Assembly (NCBI GenBank): GCA_965116905.1
Contig: OZ220732.1
Coordinates: 1,344,001 to 1,408,000, forward strand
Source of the DNA: Longimicrobiales bacterium
GTDB lineage: Bacteria > Gemmatimonadota > Gemmatimonadetes > Longimicrobiales > Gaopeijiaceae
Reading direction: 5' to 3'
Length of the DNA stretch: 64,000 bases
Of the stretch, positions 28,662 to 39,400 are shown one piece after another; position 1 is the stretch's first letter; every line of letters starts with the position of its first letter. A program made the translations under genes and the position numbers. The notes under the pieces are model-generated. The model ran no database searches. It saw only the letters and a list, made by a program, of their open reading frames with translations, and was not told where the DNA came from.

Positions 28662-29960
28662 ATGAATACTACCACGGCCATGCTGGCTCGGCACTACGCC
28701 CGCTTCCGGGTGTCCGAGCGTGTGCTGCTCACCGGGCACTCCCACCAGGCGTGGCCGGATGTGGCGTTTTCCGCCCAGAAGCAGGCGTGGCTGGATGCCG
28801 CGGAACTCGTCGACGACAAGTGGGGACGCGCCTTCGAGGCGGCCGACGAGGTGCGGGCCGGCTTCCGACGGCTTCTGGACGACCCGGACGGCCACATCGC
28901 GCTGGGGCAGAATACGCACGAGCTGCTGATCCGGTTCCTGTCGGCGCTGCCGCTGCGGGAACGGCCGCGCCTGGTCACGACCGACGGCGAATTCCACACG
29001 ATCCGGCGCCAGCTCGACCGCCTGGAGGCAGAGGGGATCGAGATCGTGCGGGTGACGACGGGAACGGGTCACGGGGCGGGTGGAGCCGGCGCGAGTGGAG
29101 ACGGCGCGAGTGGACACGGCGCGGTAGCCGAGGGAATCGTGGACGCCGTGGACGACCGCACCGCCGCCGTGCTGGTATCGTCGGTGCTGTTCCGGGACGC
29201 GCGAATCGTGGAGGGGCTGGACGAGGTGGCCGCGGCATGCGCCCGCGTCGGCGCCGAGCTGCTGGTCGACGCCTACCACTCGCTCAACGCAGTGCCGTTT
29301 TCGGTCGCCGAGCTGGGGCTGGAGGGCGCGTTCGTGGTGGGCGGCGGGTACAAGTACTGCCAGCTGGGCGAAGGGAACTGCTTCCTCAGATTCCCGCGGG
29401 ACTGCGCGTTGCGGCCCGTGCTGACGGGCTGGTTCGCGGAGTTCGGGACGCTGGCCGACGAGCCTGGAGGGGGCGGCAAGCCGACCGATGGCGGCGTTGC
29501 ATATGGAGAAGGCCACCTGCGGTTCGCGGGGTCCACCTACGACCCGGTCAGCCACTACCGGGCGGCGGCGGTTTTCGGCTTCTTCCGGGAGCACGAGCTG
29601 AATGTGGAGCGGCTGCGCGAGATCGGACTGAGCCAGATCCGGCGACTGGCCGCGAGCGTGGACGCGCTGGACGCGGATCCGGCCGTGCTCAAGCGGGATC
29701 GCACCGTGCGGTTGTCACGCCGCGCCGGCTTTCTGACCATGGAAGCGCCCCGCGCCGGTGAGATCTGTTGCAAGCTGCGCGGACTCGGGGTCTACGCGGA
29801 TTTCCGGGGCCGCGTGCTTCGCCTGGGGCCCGCGCCGTACGTGACCGGGGAGCAGCTGGATGAGGGGGTCGCCGCGCTGGGGGAGGTGGTGGACCAGCTG
29901 GTCACCACGACCGCCTCATCGACCAGCCGGCCCCAGGCGTCATATCCCGTCAAGGATTGA
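28662..29960 (+). CDS. kynU: Kynureninase-like PLP enzyme (aminotransferase class V)
   Basis: LLTGHSHQAWPD, DAYH, GGGYKYCQLGEG, GWFA, D.RG..LRLGPAPY; next to kynA. Confidence 0.8.
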   Translation: MNTTTAMLARHYARFRVSERVLLTGHSHQAWPDVAFSAQKQAWLDAAELVDDKWGRAFEAADEVRAGFRRLLDDPDGHIALGQNTHELLIRFLSALPLRERPRLVTTDGEFHTIRRQLDRLEAEGIEIVRVTTGTGHGAGGAGASGDGASGHGAVAEGIVDAVDDRTAAVLVSSVLFRDARIVEGLDEVAAACARVGAELLVDAYHSLNAVPFSVAELGLEGAFVVGGGYKYCQLGEGNCFLRFPRDCALRPVLTGWFAEFGTLADEPGGGGKPTDGGVAYGEGHLRFAGSTYDPVSHYRAAAVFGFFREHELNVERLREIGLSQIRRLAASVDALDADPAVLKRDRTVRLSRRAGFLTMEAPRAGEICCKLRGLGVYADFRGRVLRLGPAPYVTGEQLDEGVAALGEVVDQLVTTTASSTSRPQASYPVKD

Positions 29961-31353
29961 CCAACCGCTCCAACTCCTCCGGCGCCCGCGGCAGCCCCGA
30001 CGTCAGCACCTCCACGCCGTCCTCGGTCACCAGAACCACCTCTTCGACGAACACCGAGACCCCGAGTTCGTGGTTGTAGTACCACGGCTCGATCGTGAAG
30101 ATCATGCCGGGCGCGAGCGGCTCGTCGAGCAGCGCCGGGTCGCCCGCCGATAGCCCGATGTGGTGGCCGAAAAACGACGGCGTCTGCATGTGCGCCTCTT
30201 CGTGATCCGGAATCGCGGCGTACGCGACCGCGGTCAGCTCCCGAAGGGTCACACCCGGTCGGACTGCCGCGATGATCGCCTCGGCGGCGCGTGTGCTGAC
30301 CATGAGCTTCTCGCGCTGCACCTCGGTGAAGGTCCCGTTGACCGGAAACGTCCGCCCGATATCGCTCACATAGCCATTGACTTCGCACCCCACGTCGAAA
30401 ACCACCAGGTCGCCGTCGCGCAGCCCCCGATTGCGACGGTCGTAGTGGGCGGCGAGGATCCGCCACGGCCATAGGCTGTTGGGCCCGGATTTCACGATCG
30501 GCGTGAACGGGATCGACTGCGAGCCGAAGGTCCGGCACGTCCGCTCGAACTCGCCCTGCAGCGTGCGCTCATCCACACCCGCACGAATCCGGCTGGCGGC
30601 CGTGCGGATTCCGGCCATGGTGGCGTCCGCGGCAGCCCGCATCCGCACGATTTCGGCCGGCGTCTTGATCATGCGGAGCCGGGCCACGGGCTCGAACGCA
30701 TTCCGAATCTCGGCCCCGGGGTAGTCGGTTTGAAGTCGGTGGATGAGGGCGGCGGTGGCATCGAGGGTGCCGATCAACGGAACCACCTGCCCGGAAACGG
30801 GCCCTGCGGTGCCTGCATTGACACGCAACGCGGTTCCCCCGGCGACCCGTTCCCGCACAAAGGCGTCCAGTTCCGCGATGTCGCGGTACCGGTCGATCCC
30901 GGCGATGCTCCGCAGCTGATAGTCGTCCAGCAGTGGCCGGCCCGGGAAGTCGTTCGGCCGGCCCGGATTCTCGAAGCGGGGGTCGCGCGGCGGCATGAAG
31001 AGGATCGAGAGGCCCTGGTCGGCGTCGAGGACCAGCATCGACGACGGCACTTCCAGCCCGGTGAGGTACCAGAAGTCTTCAAGTTGCCGGAACGTGCCTC
31101 CGTGCGTCGTGCCGTCGGAGGACGGCGTCAGCAGGAGGCCGCCGCCGGTGACGCGCAGTCCGTCCAGGAGTCGGCCCCGCCGGTACTGGTACTCCTGCGG
31201 TCGGAAATCGGGGCGAGCCCAGTCCGTGTAGCGCTGCTCGGGCGTCTGCGCGGCGAGCGACGTCGGTGAGGCCGCCGCCAGCCAGACCGCGGCGGCGGTG
31301 CCCGATGCGATCATCAGGCGCGTGACGATGCGGCGACACCGTGGTCCCGTCAT
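29950..31353 (-). CDS. Exported Xaa-Pro aminopeptidase (M24B)
   Basis: Signal peptide, FRQLEDFWYLTG, DVGC..YVSDIGRTFP, GHHIG, TIEP. Confidence 0.88.
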   Translation of the reverse strand: MTGPRCRRIVTRLMIASGTAAAVWLAAASPTSLAAQTPEQRYTDWARPDFRPQEYQYRRGRLLDGLRVTGGGLLLTPSSDGTTHGGTFRQLEDFWYLTGLEVPSSMLVLDADQGLSILFMPPRDPRFENPGRPNDFPGRPLLDDYQLRSIAGIDRYRDIAELDAFVRERVAGGTALRVNAGTAGPVSGQVVPLIGTLDATAALIHRLQTDYPGAEIRNAFEPVARLRMIKTPAEIVRMRAAADATMAGIRTAASRIRAGVDERTLQGEFERTCRTFGSQSIPFTPIVKSGPNSLWPWRILAAHYDRRNRGLRDGDLVVFDVGCEVNGYVSDIGRTFPVNGTFTEVQREKLMVSTRAAEAIIAAVRPGVTLRELTAVAYAAIPDHEEAHMQTPSFFGHHIGLSAGDPALLDEPLAPGMIFTIEPWYYNHELGVSVFVEEVVLVTEDGVEVLTSGLPRAPEELERLVNP

Positions 31354-31404
31354 GATCCCGTCCTCCTCTTTGAGTTGCTGCGCGGCTACGGTAACTTCGC
31401 GACC

Positions 31405-32391
31405 ATGAAGATTGCCATCTATGGCGCGGGCGGTGTCGGCGGCTACTACGGCGGCGTACTCGCGCGCGAGGGCCAGGGTCGCGCGGGTCACGACGTCGCG
31501 CTGCTGGCCCGCGGCGACCACCTCGCCGCCATCCGGGAATCCGGTCTCCGGGTGCGCTCCCCCCGGGGAGGTTTCGTCGCGCGGCCCGCCCTCGCCACCG
31601 ACGACCCCGGCGAGATCGGCCCGGTGGATGCGGTCATCGTCGCGGTCAAAACGCTGCACCTGCCGGCCGTGCGCGACGGCATCGGGCCGCTGCTGGGTCC
31701 CCACACGCTCGTCGTTCCGCTTCTCAACGGCGTCGACGCGCACGAGGTGCTCGTCCCGGCGGTGGGGCGGGCGCGGATGGGCAAGGGACTCACGCGCATC
31801 ATCAGCGAGATCGCGGCCCCGGGGGAGATCCGGCACATCGGCGTGGATCCGTACATGGCCATGGCCGAATGGGACGGCAGCGCCTCGGCACGGGTCGACG
31901 CCCTGGTGGCCGCGCTGCGCGATGCGGGCGTCGACGCCGAGGTGCCTCCCGACATCGATGCGGCGCTCTGGCTGAAGTTCCTGTTCATCTGCTCGGTGGG
32001 TGGTGTCGGCGCGGTGTGCCGCATGCCCCTGGGCACGGTGCGCACACAGCCGGAGACCCGGGAGCTCCTGCGGCGGGCGATGGAAGAGATCGTAGCGGTG
32101 GCGACCGCCCACGGCGTCTCATTGTCCCACGAAGCGGTCACGTTCGCGATGAAGACCGTGGACGGCTTCCCCGCCGAGGGGACCTCGTCGCTGCAGCGGG
32201 ACATCGTGGCCGGGGTACCGTCCGAACTGGACGCGTGGAGCGGTGCGGCGGCGCGGCTGGGTGCCGAAGCGGGCGTGCCCACCCCCGTCCATTCGTTCAT
32301 CCACTCGGTCCTGCTGCCCGCCGAACTGGAGGCGCGGCGTGCGGCCGAAACCGGTACATTCGTGGAAACGGATCGCGGGTCGCGCACGTAG
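31405..32391 (+). CDS. panE: 2-dehydropantoate 2-reductase
   Basis: MKIAIYGAGGVGG, AVK, LNG, LWLKF, SSLQRD..G..SELD. Confidence 0.9.
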   Translation: MKIAIYGAGGVGGYYGGVLAREGQGRAGHDVALLARGDHLAAIRESGLRVRSPRGGFVARPALATDDPGEIGPVDAVIVAVKTLHLPAVRDGIGPLLGPHTLVVPLLNGVDAHEVLVPAVGRARMGKGLTRIISEIAAPGEIRHIGVDPYMAMAEWDGSASARVDALVAALRDAGVDAEVPPDIDAALWLKFLFICSVGGVGAVCRMPLGTVRTQPETRELLRRAMEEIVAVATAHGVSLSHEAVTFAMKTVDGFPAEGTSSLQRDIVAGVPSELDAWSGAAARLGAEAGVPTPVHSFIHSVLLPAELEARRAAETGTFVETDRGSRT

Positions 32392-32489
32392 AAGAGGCAC
32401 GTGGAAGTGGCACGCAGAAGAGGCGAGCGTCCGACCGGGGGACGGGAGGCCTCGCAAACAGTGGACTGGACGAGCGAACAATCGTGTTG

Positions 32490-33254
32490 ATGACGCCCTG
32501 GGTACAGCGGCTCCTCATGGCGAACGTCGTCATGTATCTGGTGACGCGGCTCGCTCCGGGCCTCGTTCAGGGCCTTGCACTGGTTCCCGCCTTTATTCCG
32601 TACCAGCCGTGGACTCTCGTCACGTACATGTTCCTCCACGGCGGCTTCACGCACATCCTGTTCAACATGCTGATGCTGTTCTTTTTCGGCCCGCGGCTGG
32701 AGGAGCGCCTCGGCAGCCGGACGTTCATCTGGTTCTACCTGGCGTGCGGCGTGGGCGGGGCGCTTCTCTCCTTCATGACGCCATTTTCGGCGATCGTGGG
32801 GGCTTCGGGAGCGATCTACGGGGTGGTCATCGGTTTCGCGCGGTACTGGCCGCGCGAGGACATCTACATCTGGGGCATTCTGCCGATCCAGGCCCGCATG
32901 CTGGCGATCTTCATGGTGGCCCTGAGCCTTTTCGCGGGGTTCACTGGGGCCCAGGACGGGATTGCCCACTTCGCTCACCTCGGGGGACTTCTGGCCGGCT
33001 GGGTGTTCCTCAGGAGCTGGGAAAAGCGTCGCAAGCAGCGGGTGGTCCGGCGTTCGCCGACACGCTCGAGGATGTCGGGGATTCGCGACACGGACGCAAT
33101 TCAGAGCTGGGAGGCGATCCCGCGGGAGAAGCTGCACGAGATCAACCGCGAAGAGGTGGACTACCTGCTGGCCAAGGTCCGGAAGATGGGCGTCGGTTCG
33201 CTGACCACGGAGCAGCGGGCGTTTCTGGACCGGATGGCCAAACCCCGATTGTGA
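32490..33254 (+). CDS. Rhomboid-family intramembrane serine protease
   Basis: PWTLVTYMFLH, HILFNM, GASG, AHLGG; C-terminal helical tail. Confidence 0.93.
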   Translation: MTPWVQRLLMANVVMYLVTRLAPGLVQGLALVPAFIPYQPWTLVTYMFLHGGFTHILFNMLMLFFFGPRLEERLGSRTFIWFYLACGVGGALLSFMTPFSAIVGASGAIYGVVIGFARYWPREDIYIWGILPIQARMLAIFMVALSLFAGFTGAQDGIAHFAHLGGLLAGWVFLRSWEKRRKQRVVRRSPTRSRMSGIRDTDAIQSWEAIPREKLHEINREEVDYLLAKVRKMGVGSLTTEQRAFLDRMAKPRL

Positions 33255-33267
33255 GTCGGCCGGTACG

Positions 33268-33729
33268 TCAGCCCGTACCGCTGGACTCGCGCTTCGGGAT
33301 GATCTTCCCGGTCTCGCGGTCGTAGTCGACGATGTTCTCCCATTCCGAGGCATCGGAGCGCGCGACCACGGCCACGACGTCCTCCGTGTCGCTGACGTTG
33401 ACGACCTCGTGGGGGACCCCCGGCTCGATGAAGATGAAGTCGCCGGCGTGGTTCACGATCGATTCCCCGAGATGGGGCCCGAAGTCATGGCGCACGGTGC
33501 CCTCGAGGATGTAGAGCATGACCTCGAAGTCGACGTGGATGTGGGCGAATGCCACGCCGCGGGGCGGGATCCGGGCCACGTTCATGGAAAGCTCTCGGGC
33601 GGGGACGTTCTTTGCCGAGAGGCCCGTCTTGTAGTGGATCCCGTTCCAGCCCCGGTGAATCCCGCTGGCGCGGATGGTGTGGATGCCGTCGCGGCCGTCT
33701 GGCGTGCCGGGCCGGTCGTCCGCGCTCAC
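33268..33729 (-). CDS. Cupin-domain protein
   Basis: AHIHVDFE and GDFIFIEPGVPH cupin motifs. Confidence 0.88.
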   Translation of the reverse strand: MSADDRPGTPDGRDGIHTIRASGIHRGWNGIHYKTGLSAKNVPARELSMNVARIPPRGVAFAHIHVDFEVMLYILEGTVRHDFGPHLGESIVNHAGDFIFIEPGVPHEVVNVSDTEDVVAVVARSDASEWENIVDYDRETGKIIPKRESSGTG

Positions 33730-34466
33730 GAGTCCTCCAGCAACAGCCTGGCCAGCCCGGCCATGTCCGGGACCTCGGCGTCGGGCCGGGCCGGGGAGAC
33801 CGGTGTTGCACCCGTCGCTCCGCCGCGGCTCTTCCGGTTCACGTGCACGGTGGCGTAGCCGAGCGCGGAGGCCGGCGCGATGTCATGGAAGAGGCTCTGC
33901 GCGACGTGCAGGGTGCGCTCCCGCGCGATCCCCGAACGGGCGGCCATTTCCTCGAAGTGCGTCGGGGCGGGTTTGTAGCTGCCCACCTGCTGCGCCGTGA
34001 CGACCCAGTCGAAGTCGATGTCGAGCCGCTTCCGGGTCTCGGCGAAAAGGTCGTCGTCGACGTTGGAGACGATCCCGAGCCGGAAGCGCGCGCCCAGGCG
34101 GCGAAGCGCGTTCACGGTGTCCGGGAAGGGCGGCCAGTCGCCCACTGACGCCGCAAAGGCGTCGCACTCCGCCGCCGTGGGGCCAAAGCCGAGCGCGGAG
34201 CCCATCCGGCGCAGGGTCAGTGCGAGCACCTCGCGATAGCTGCGGTACCGCTCCCCCTGGACCACGTGCTCGGCGTCGCCGAACGCCTTGAGGATGGTTG
34301 CGGCATCGGCGGAGCGCCCTTGCGCGGCGCAGACCGTCCGCACGCCCTCGATGATCCCCGTCTCCCAATCCACCAGCGTGCCGTAGCAGTCGAAGGTGAG
34401 GAGATCGAAACGGTCGGGGTCGAGCCGGTCGGGGTCGAGCCGGTCGGGGTCGAGCCGGTCGGTCAT
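33726..34466 (-). CDS. Haloacid dehalogenase type II-like HAD hydrolase
   Basis: TFDCYGTLVDWE, SNVD, SYKP, LHVAQSLFHD. Confidence 0.9.
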   Translation of the reverse strand: MTDRLDPDRLDPDRLDPDRFDLLTFDCYGTLVDWETGIIEGVRTVCAAQGRSADAATILKAFGDAEHVVQGERYRSYREVLALTLRRMGSALGFGPTAAECDAFAASVGDWPPFPDTVNALRRLGARFRLGIVSNVDDDLFAETRKRLDIDFDWVVTAQQVGSYKPAPTHFEEMAARSGIARERTLHVAQSLFHDIAPASALGYATVHVNRKSRGGATGATPVSPARPDAEVPDMAGLARLLLEDS

Positions 34467-34481
34467 GTGCGAGTCCCGCGT

Positions 34482-34988
34482 CTACATCTCGTCGAAATCG
34501 GCCGTTGGTCCGAACAACTGCGGAACCGGGATGTCGAGCAGCCGAAGATAGACGCCGAGTTGGGCCCGGTGGTGGATCATGTGGTCCAGGATGAAGGTCC
34601 GCAGGACGACCTTCTTCGGAAGGGTAAAGCGGGCTTCACCGGCGACCAGCATCGTCCAGGGGCTGTCCAGGTCCTCTTCGGAAGAGCCCTCGATCGCGCT
34701 GCGAGCCGCCGCGGCACTGTTGTTCAGCGCGTCGACCAGTTCGGCGCTCGAGCCGAGTGGGGCCATGGGGGGCGGCCCGCCCTCGGCGGGCGCGATGTCG
34801 AACTCGGACATGGACAGGGTGGCGATCGTCCAGTTGGGAAGGTTGGAGATGTGGGTCGCGAGTTCGCCCAGCGTCCACGACCTGTCGTGGGGGCGCCAGT
34901 CCAGACGATCGTCGGGCACGGCCTCCAGCAAGGTCCTGGCCCCGGCGATGATCTGGTCGAACGCGGCGAGCTGACCTCGTACGGACAT
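34482..34988 (-). CDS. DinB-family protein
   Basis: WRPHDRSWTLGELATH, HMIHHRAQLGVYLR; alternative start 35003. Confidence 0.9.
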   Translation of the reverse strand: MSVRGQLAAFDQIIAGARTLLEAVPDDRLDWRPHDRSWTLGELATHISNLPNWTIATLSMSEFDIAPAEGGPPPMAPLGSSAELVDALNNSAAAARSAIEGSSEEDLDSPWTMLVAGEARFTLPKKVVLRTFILDHMIHHRAQLGVYLRLLDIPVPQLFGPTADFDEM

Positions 34989-35084
34989 GTGTCGTCCTTT
35001 CAATGAACGTTTTGGGGGCGAAAGGTAGAGAAAGGCGGCGGGCGAAGGAATAGCCGGGGCGGATCAGGCCAGGCGACCGTCCCG

Positions 35085-36425
35085 CTACCCTGGTCTCACC
35101 CGGCGGAAGAGCCGGTCGGCGAGGACCGCGGCGGCCGGGGCGCCAACCGTCGCCATGATGATCCCGAGGCCGCGCGAACCGGTGAACCCGTCTTCCTCGG
35201 TCGTCAGGGCGAGGACGACGCCGGGTGCGGAGAGTATCGCGCTGGCCACCGCGTTCCTCCACATGCTCCCGCGCGACAGGTCCGTGCCGCCGACGCGCGC
35301 GACGACGAATCCCACCCCGGCCTGGGGAGCGCCGTACAGAGCAAGGCGCGAGCCGGCGTTGACGAGAAACCCGCATTCGGCCTCGTAGAAGTGTTGGGCG
35401 AGGGACTCGAAGTTCAGGCAGCGATTCGACAGCGCATAGCCCGCCAGGAGGCCGAGAGCATTGGCTGCGCTCGCGGCCGCCAGCGCCTTGCCCCACGGAT
35501 ACGGCCTGGATTCCAGCGCCCAGTTGTACAGCCCCGTGGGCGCGGCCCGCGTGCCGTCTGCCACAGCCATGCCGGAGCGGGTCTCGATGAGGATCACGCC
35601 GGCGTTCGAGTCGGCTCCGTACCGCACCCCGGCTTCTCCCGGCGGCACGGCCTCGACGCTCTGGATCTCGTTGATCGGAAGCGTGTTGAGGGTCACCAGC
35701 CCGTTGGACTGACGGACGTTGTCGACGATGACGATCGGTGTAAGGCAGCCGGGCTGGGCAAAGCTGGTGACGCCCCGAAACTCGAGGCACACGAGTTCAC
35801 CCGGCTGGCTGCGTCCGCTGCGGACCCGCACGCCCGGCAACAGTTGCGCGAGGGCGTTGGCGAGGTGGTTGCCGGTGCTGGCGATCGGTGCCAGCTGCTC
35901 CGACGTGACCCGTCGGCGGGCCGTACCGAGCGCGCGCGTGCCGCGCCGATCCCGGGACGCGACCTCGACCACAACCGGATCGAGCGAAATCGCGGTGGGC
36001 GACAGCGTCACCCGCAGCGCGAGCCGCTCCCCCGGCGCCACCGTCACCTCCTCCCTGAACGTCCCGTACGCGATGTGCGTCACCGTGAGCGCGTATGCGC
36101 CGGGAGCGGCTCGCTCGAACTGGAACAATCCCACGCCGTCGGTGACCTGTTCGGCCCGGGCCGAATCCGCCGCCTCCTCGCGGAGAGGCACCAGCACGAG
36201 CTCCGCGCCCTCCACGCCGGCGCCCGTGTCGCGGTCGAGCACGCGGCCGGAGATGCGGGGCGGCTCCTCCTGCGCGGCGAGCGCGCCCACGCCCCCATGC
36301 GGCGTCCCGCCGATCCCACACAGCCAGATAAGCGTCCCATACACGCATATCGCGCGCCCACGGGATATCGCCCCCCCACGGGATATCGCCCGCCCACGGG
36401 ACCATCCCGCGCCCCCGCCTACCAC
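35085..36425 (-). CDS. Exported carboxypeptidase-regulatory-like plus plug-like protein with hydrophobic C-terminal region
   Basis: ISGRVLDRDTG, IIVDNV, IQSVE..YG..AGVILIETR, then hydrophobic helices; start approximate. Confidence 0.65.
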   Translation of the reverse strand: MVGGGAGWSRGRAISRGGAISRGRAICVYGTLIWLCGIGGTPHGGVGALAAQEEPPRISGRVLDRDTGAGVEGAELVLVPLREEAADSARAEQVTDGVGLFQFERAAPGAYALTVTHIAYGTFREEVTVAPGERLALRVTLSPTAISLDPVVVEVASRDRRGTRALGTARRRVTSEQLAPIASTGNHLANALAQLLPGVRVRSGRSQPGELVCLEFRGVTSFAQPGCLTPIVIVDNVRQSNGLVTLNTLPINEIQSVEAVPPGEAGVRYGADSNAGVILIETRSGMAVADGTRAAPTGLYNWALESRPYPWGKALAAASAANALGLLAGYALSNRCLNFESLAQHFYEAECGFLVNAGSRLALYGAPQAGVGFVVARVGGTDLSRGSMWRNAVASAILSAPGVVLALTTEEDGFTGSRGLGIIMATVGAPAAAVLADRLFRRVRPG

Positions 36426-39400
36426 TCGATGCGCCAGATCTGCCCCCCTTCTCCCGCGGCCCAGCCCACCCGGCCGCCCGGCGCAAACTCGACCGCCCAC
36501 GCACTCACGCCGTCGAGCGGCTGCCAGGTGACGCCCATGTCGGCGGTGAAGGCGGCGCCGGGCGGGGCCACCGCGACGATGTTCCGGTAGGGGCCCCAGC
36601 GACCGACCGCACTCCCGTACACGGCTCCGGCGATCGGCACGGGGCTGGCGGCAGTCCAGCTGCGGCCCCCGTCCCTGGTGACCGCCGCGTTCGCCTCGAC
36701 CACCTCGCCGCGCGCGCCCAGATCGCCGCCCAGCGCCATGACCGGCGACCCGTCCGCCATGGCCAGCGTGAAGATCCCGGCCGCATCGCCCGTCGCCATC
36801 GGCACGGCGACCTCGCTCCAGGTCGCGCCGTAGTCGTCCGTGGCCAGGATCCGGGCCGAGCCGCTCGCGCCCGTCCCGATCCACCCCCGTCCCGAATCGC
36901 CCGCGCGGGCGCACGTGCCGCTGGCCGCGAAGCCGCCCTCGCCCTCGTTGGCCGCCGGGGCGGCATCGGCGGGAACGCGCGCCCAGCTCCGTCCGCCGTC
37001 CTCGGTGAGGAGGATGTACGGGACGCCGTCGAAGGAGTCGCCGTACGCGAAGCCGCGCTCGCCGTCCCAGAAGTCGAGGCAGTCGAGGAAGCCCTCGGGT
37101 GCGTCCATCAGGAAGCGGAGCGTCCACGTCTCGCCGCTGTCGGCAGTGCGGTAGATGCGCGACGCCGGTCCCGTGCCCGCGGTCAGCGCAATGGCTGCGC
37201 GGGACGAGAATCCGTGGATGTCGCGGAACTGGAGCGAATCGCCCGCCGGCGCGGCGACCCGCTGCCACGCCTCGCCCCCGTCGACCGTGCGCAGGATCGC
37301 CCCGCCGTGCCCGCTCGCCCACACGGTTTCGGCCGAGACCGGGCTGATCGCCTGCAGGACCTCGGTCGTGCCGCTGGACTGCCCGGTGACGGTGGGGGCG
37401 GGTGTGCCGGGGTTGCGCGCCGTGCCGGGGTCGCCGCCCGCTCGACCCGCGTCGTCTTCCGCCTCCGCCCCCCGCCGCCGGTACACCTCGCGCGCCTCCT
37501 CGAACTGCCTGAAGACATGCTCCTCTTCCCGCTCCGAACGCCACCCCGGCCACAACTCCGCCATCAGCTGCAGCTTGTCGATCCAGCGCAGCGCATAGTC
37601 CGCGGCGTCGGCGCTCCGGATCGGGCGGCCCGCGACCGTCACCCAGACGGGGTTGGTGAACGCCTGCGGATACGACGTGTCGAGCGGCCAGCGGTCCTCG
37701 GGGGCGCCCTCGACGCGCAGGTGGATCCAGCCGCTCGCTCCCATGGACAGGGTGTCGTCGATGTCGAGAGACTTCCTGTCGCCCGTGAGTTCCCAGGTGC
37801 GGACCACGTCGCCGTCGACGACCAACTCGACCCTTTCCATCGGCACCACGCTCCACACCCGGCCACGCACCTGCACCTCGCCGGGTCGGTCAAGGTCAAC
37901 CTCTTCCCCCGGCCCTCTGCCATCGACCGTGAAAGCGATCAGGGGGCCGGAGCTGACGAACGAGTTGCCGTCGCGAATCCCCTGGAACCACCCGTCCATG
38001 GTGAGTTCACCGTCCGGGGTGCGCACGTACGTCCGCATCGACCCCACCAGCGGCGTCGCGTGCAGGCTGGAGATCGAGTCTTCGCCCCCCACCACCGTCG
38101 CGCGAATGCCGCTGCTCCACACGGCGTAGACCGGGGGCCAGCCGTCCTGTGGGGTGGACCACTCGACGGCGTCTGCAGCCGCAAGCGCGGCGTCGACGAT
38201 GAAGCCCTTGGCACCGCCCAGGTTCCCCTCGAGCGGGTCGCCGTTGTAGAACGAGTGGACGTAGGCGGTCGTCGCCCCCTGGGCCTTGGCCTTCAGCATC
38301 ATGTCCGTGTTGCTCGGGTAGAGGCTCTCGATTCCGGTGCCTTCGTACCCCATCGCGTACGGCGCGATCAGGTGCTCCCGATGGCCGAACATGAAGACGT
38401 GTCCATAGAAGGGCGGGCGGTACTCCTGCCCGACGACGAGCAGGCGGTCCGGCTCCGAAAGGGGGTGCGGGCCCCCGCCCGGGATCCAGTACTGGTGATC
38501 GAGGATGCGGTTGTCCTTGTTGGCGACCTGCTCGGCGACGACGTCCTGGTCCTCCGCAGCGGACATCATCATCAGGTTGGCGAGGCTGTTGCGCAGGTTG
38601 CCGGCGTAGTTCATGTGGACGTGGGTGGAACCCGAGAACCAGCCCTCGTCGGAGAGGTCGGATATCTCCGTGAGCGTGACCTCCATCACGGTCGTTTCGC
38701 CGGGGCGGACGGTGGCGGTGTAGGTCACGGGGGCGGTTTCGAAGCCGCGCACCACGGTCATCTCGGCTTCGCCCGCCGGGAGGTCGACGGTGAACGACCC
38801 CGGATGATGGAAGATCCGGTCGCCTTCGCGGGCCACGCGGGCATAGGCGTCGGCGGGTGCATGGAACTTGCCGTCCGCAGCGGTCAGGTGGATCCGGCTG
38901 GCCAGCGGCTCGCCCTCTCGGTCGACGGTGGTCACGGCGAGGGTGCCCGTCGGCCGCGCCCAGTGCCGTTCGGTGATGTCGACGCGCCGCAGTCTGCCGC
39001 CGTTGGCCTCCAGCAGGTACAGCTGCGGGAGACCGGTCGGGTGTTGCGGCCCTCCCGCGGCGGCCGGCCCGCCTTCCGCGGCCGGCCCGTCCCCTGCGGT
39101 CGGTCCGTCCTCCGCGGTCGGCGCGTCCCCGGCAACCGGCCCGCCGCCGTTGGCCACGAAGGCGATCCACTCCGCGTCCGGCGACCAGCGCGGGTGGAAG
39201 GCGTCGTGGTCGAAGAAGGTCAGCTTGTACGGCTCGCCACCGGTCGTGGGCTGGACGTACAGGTTCTGGAACTGGTCCGCGGCGCCCGCGGTCGAGGAGT
39301 AGACGAAGCGCTGGCCGTCGTACGAAACGTGTGGCTGGGTGCGGTAGAGGGTCTGCTCGGCGAGGACGAGCTGGCGGTCCTCGATGCCGCCGGCCCGGGC

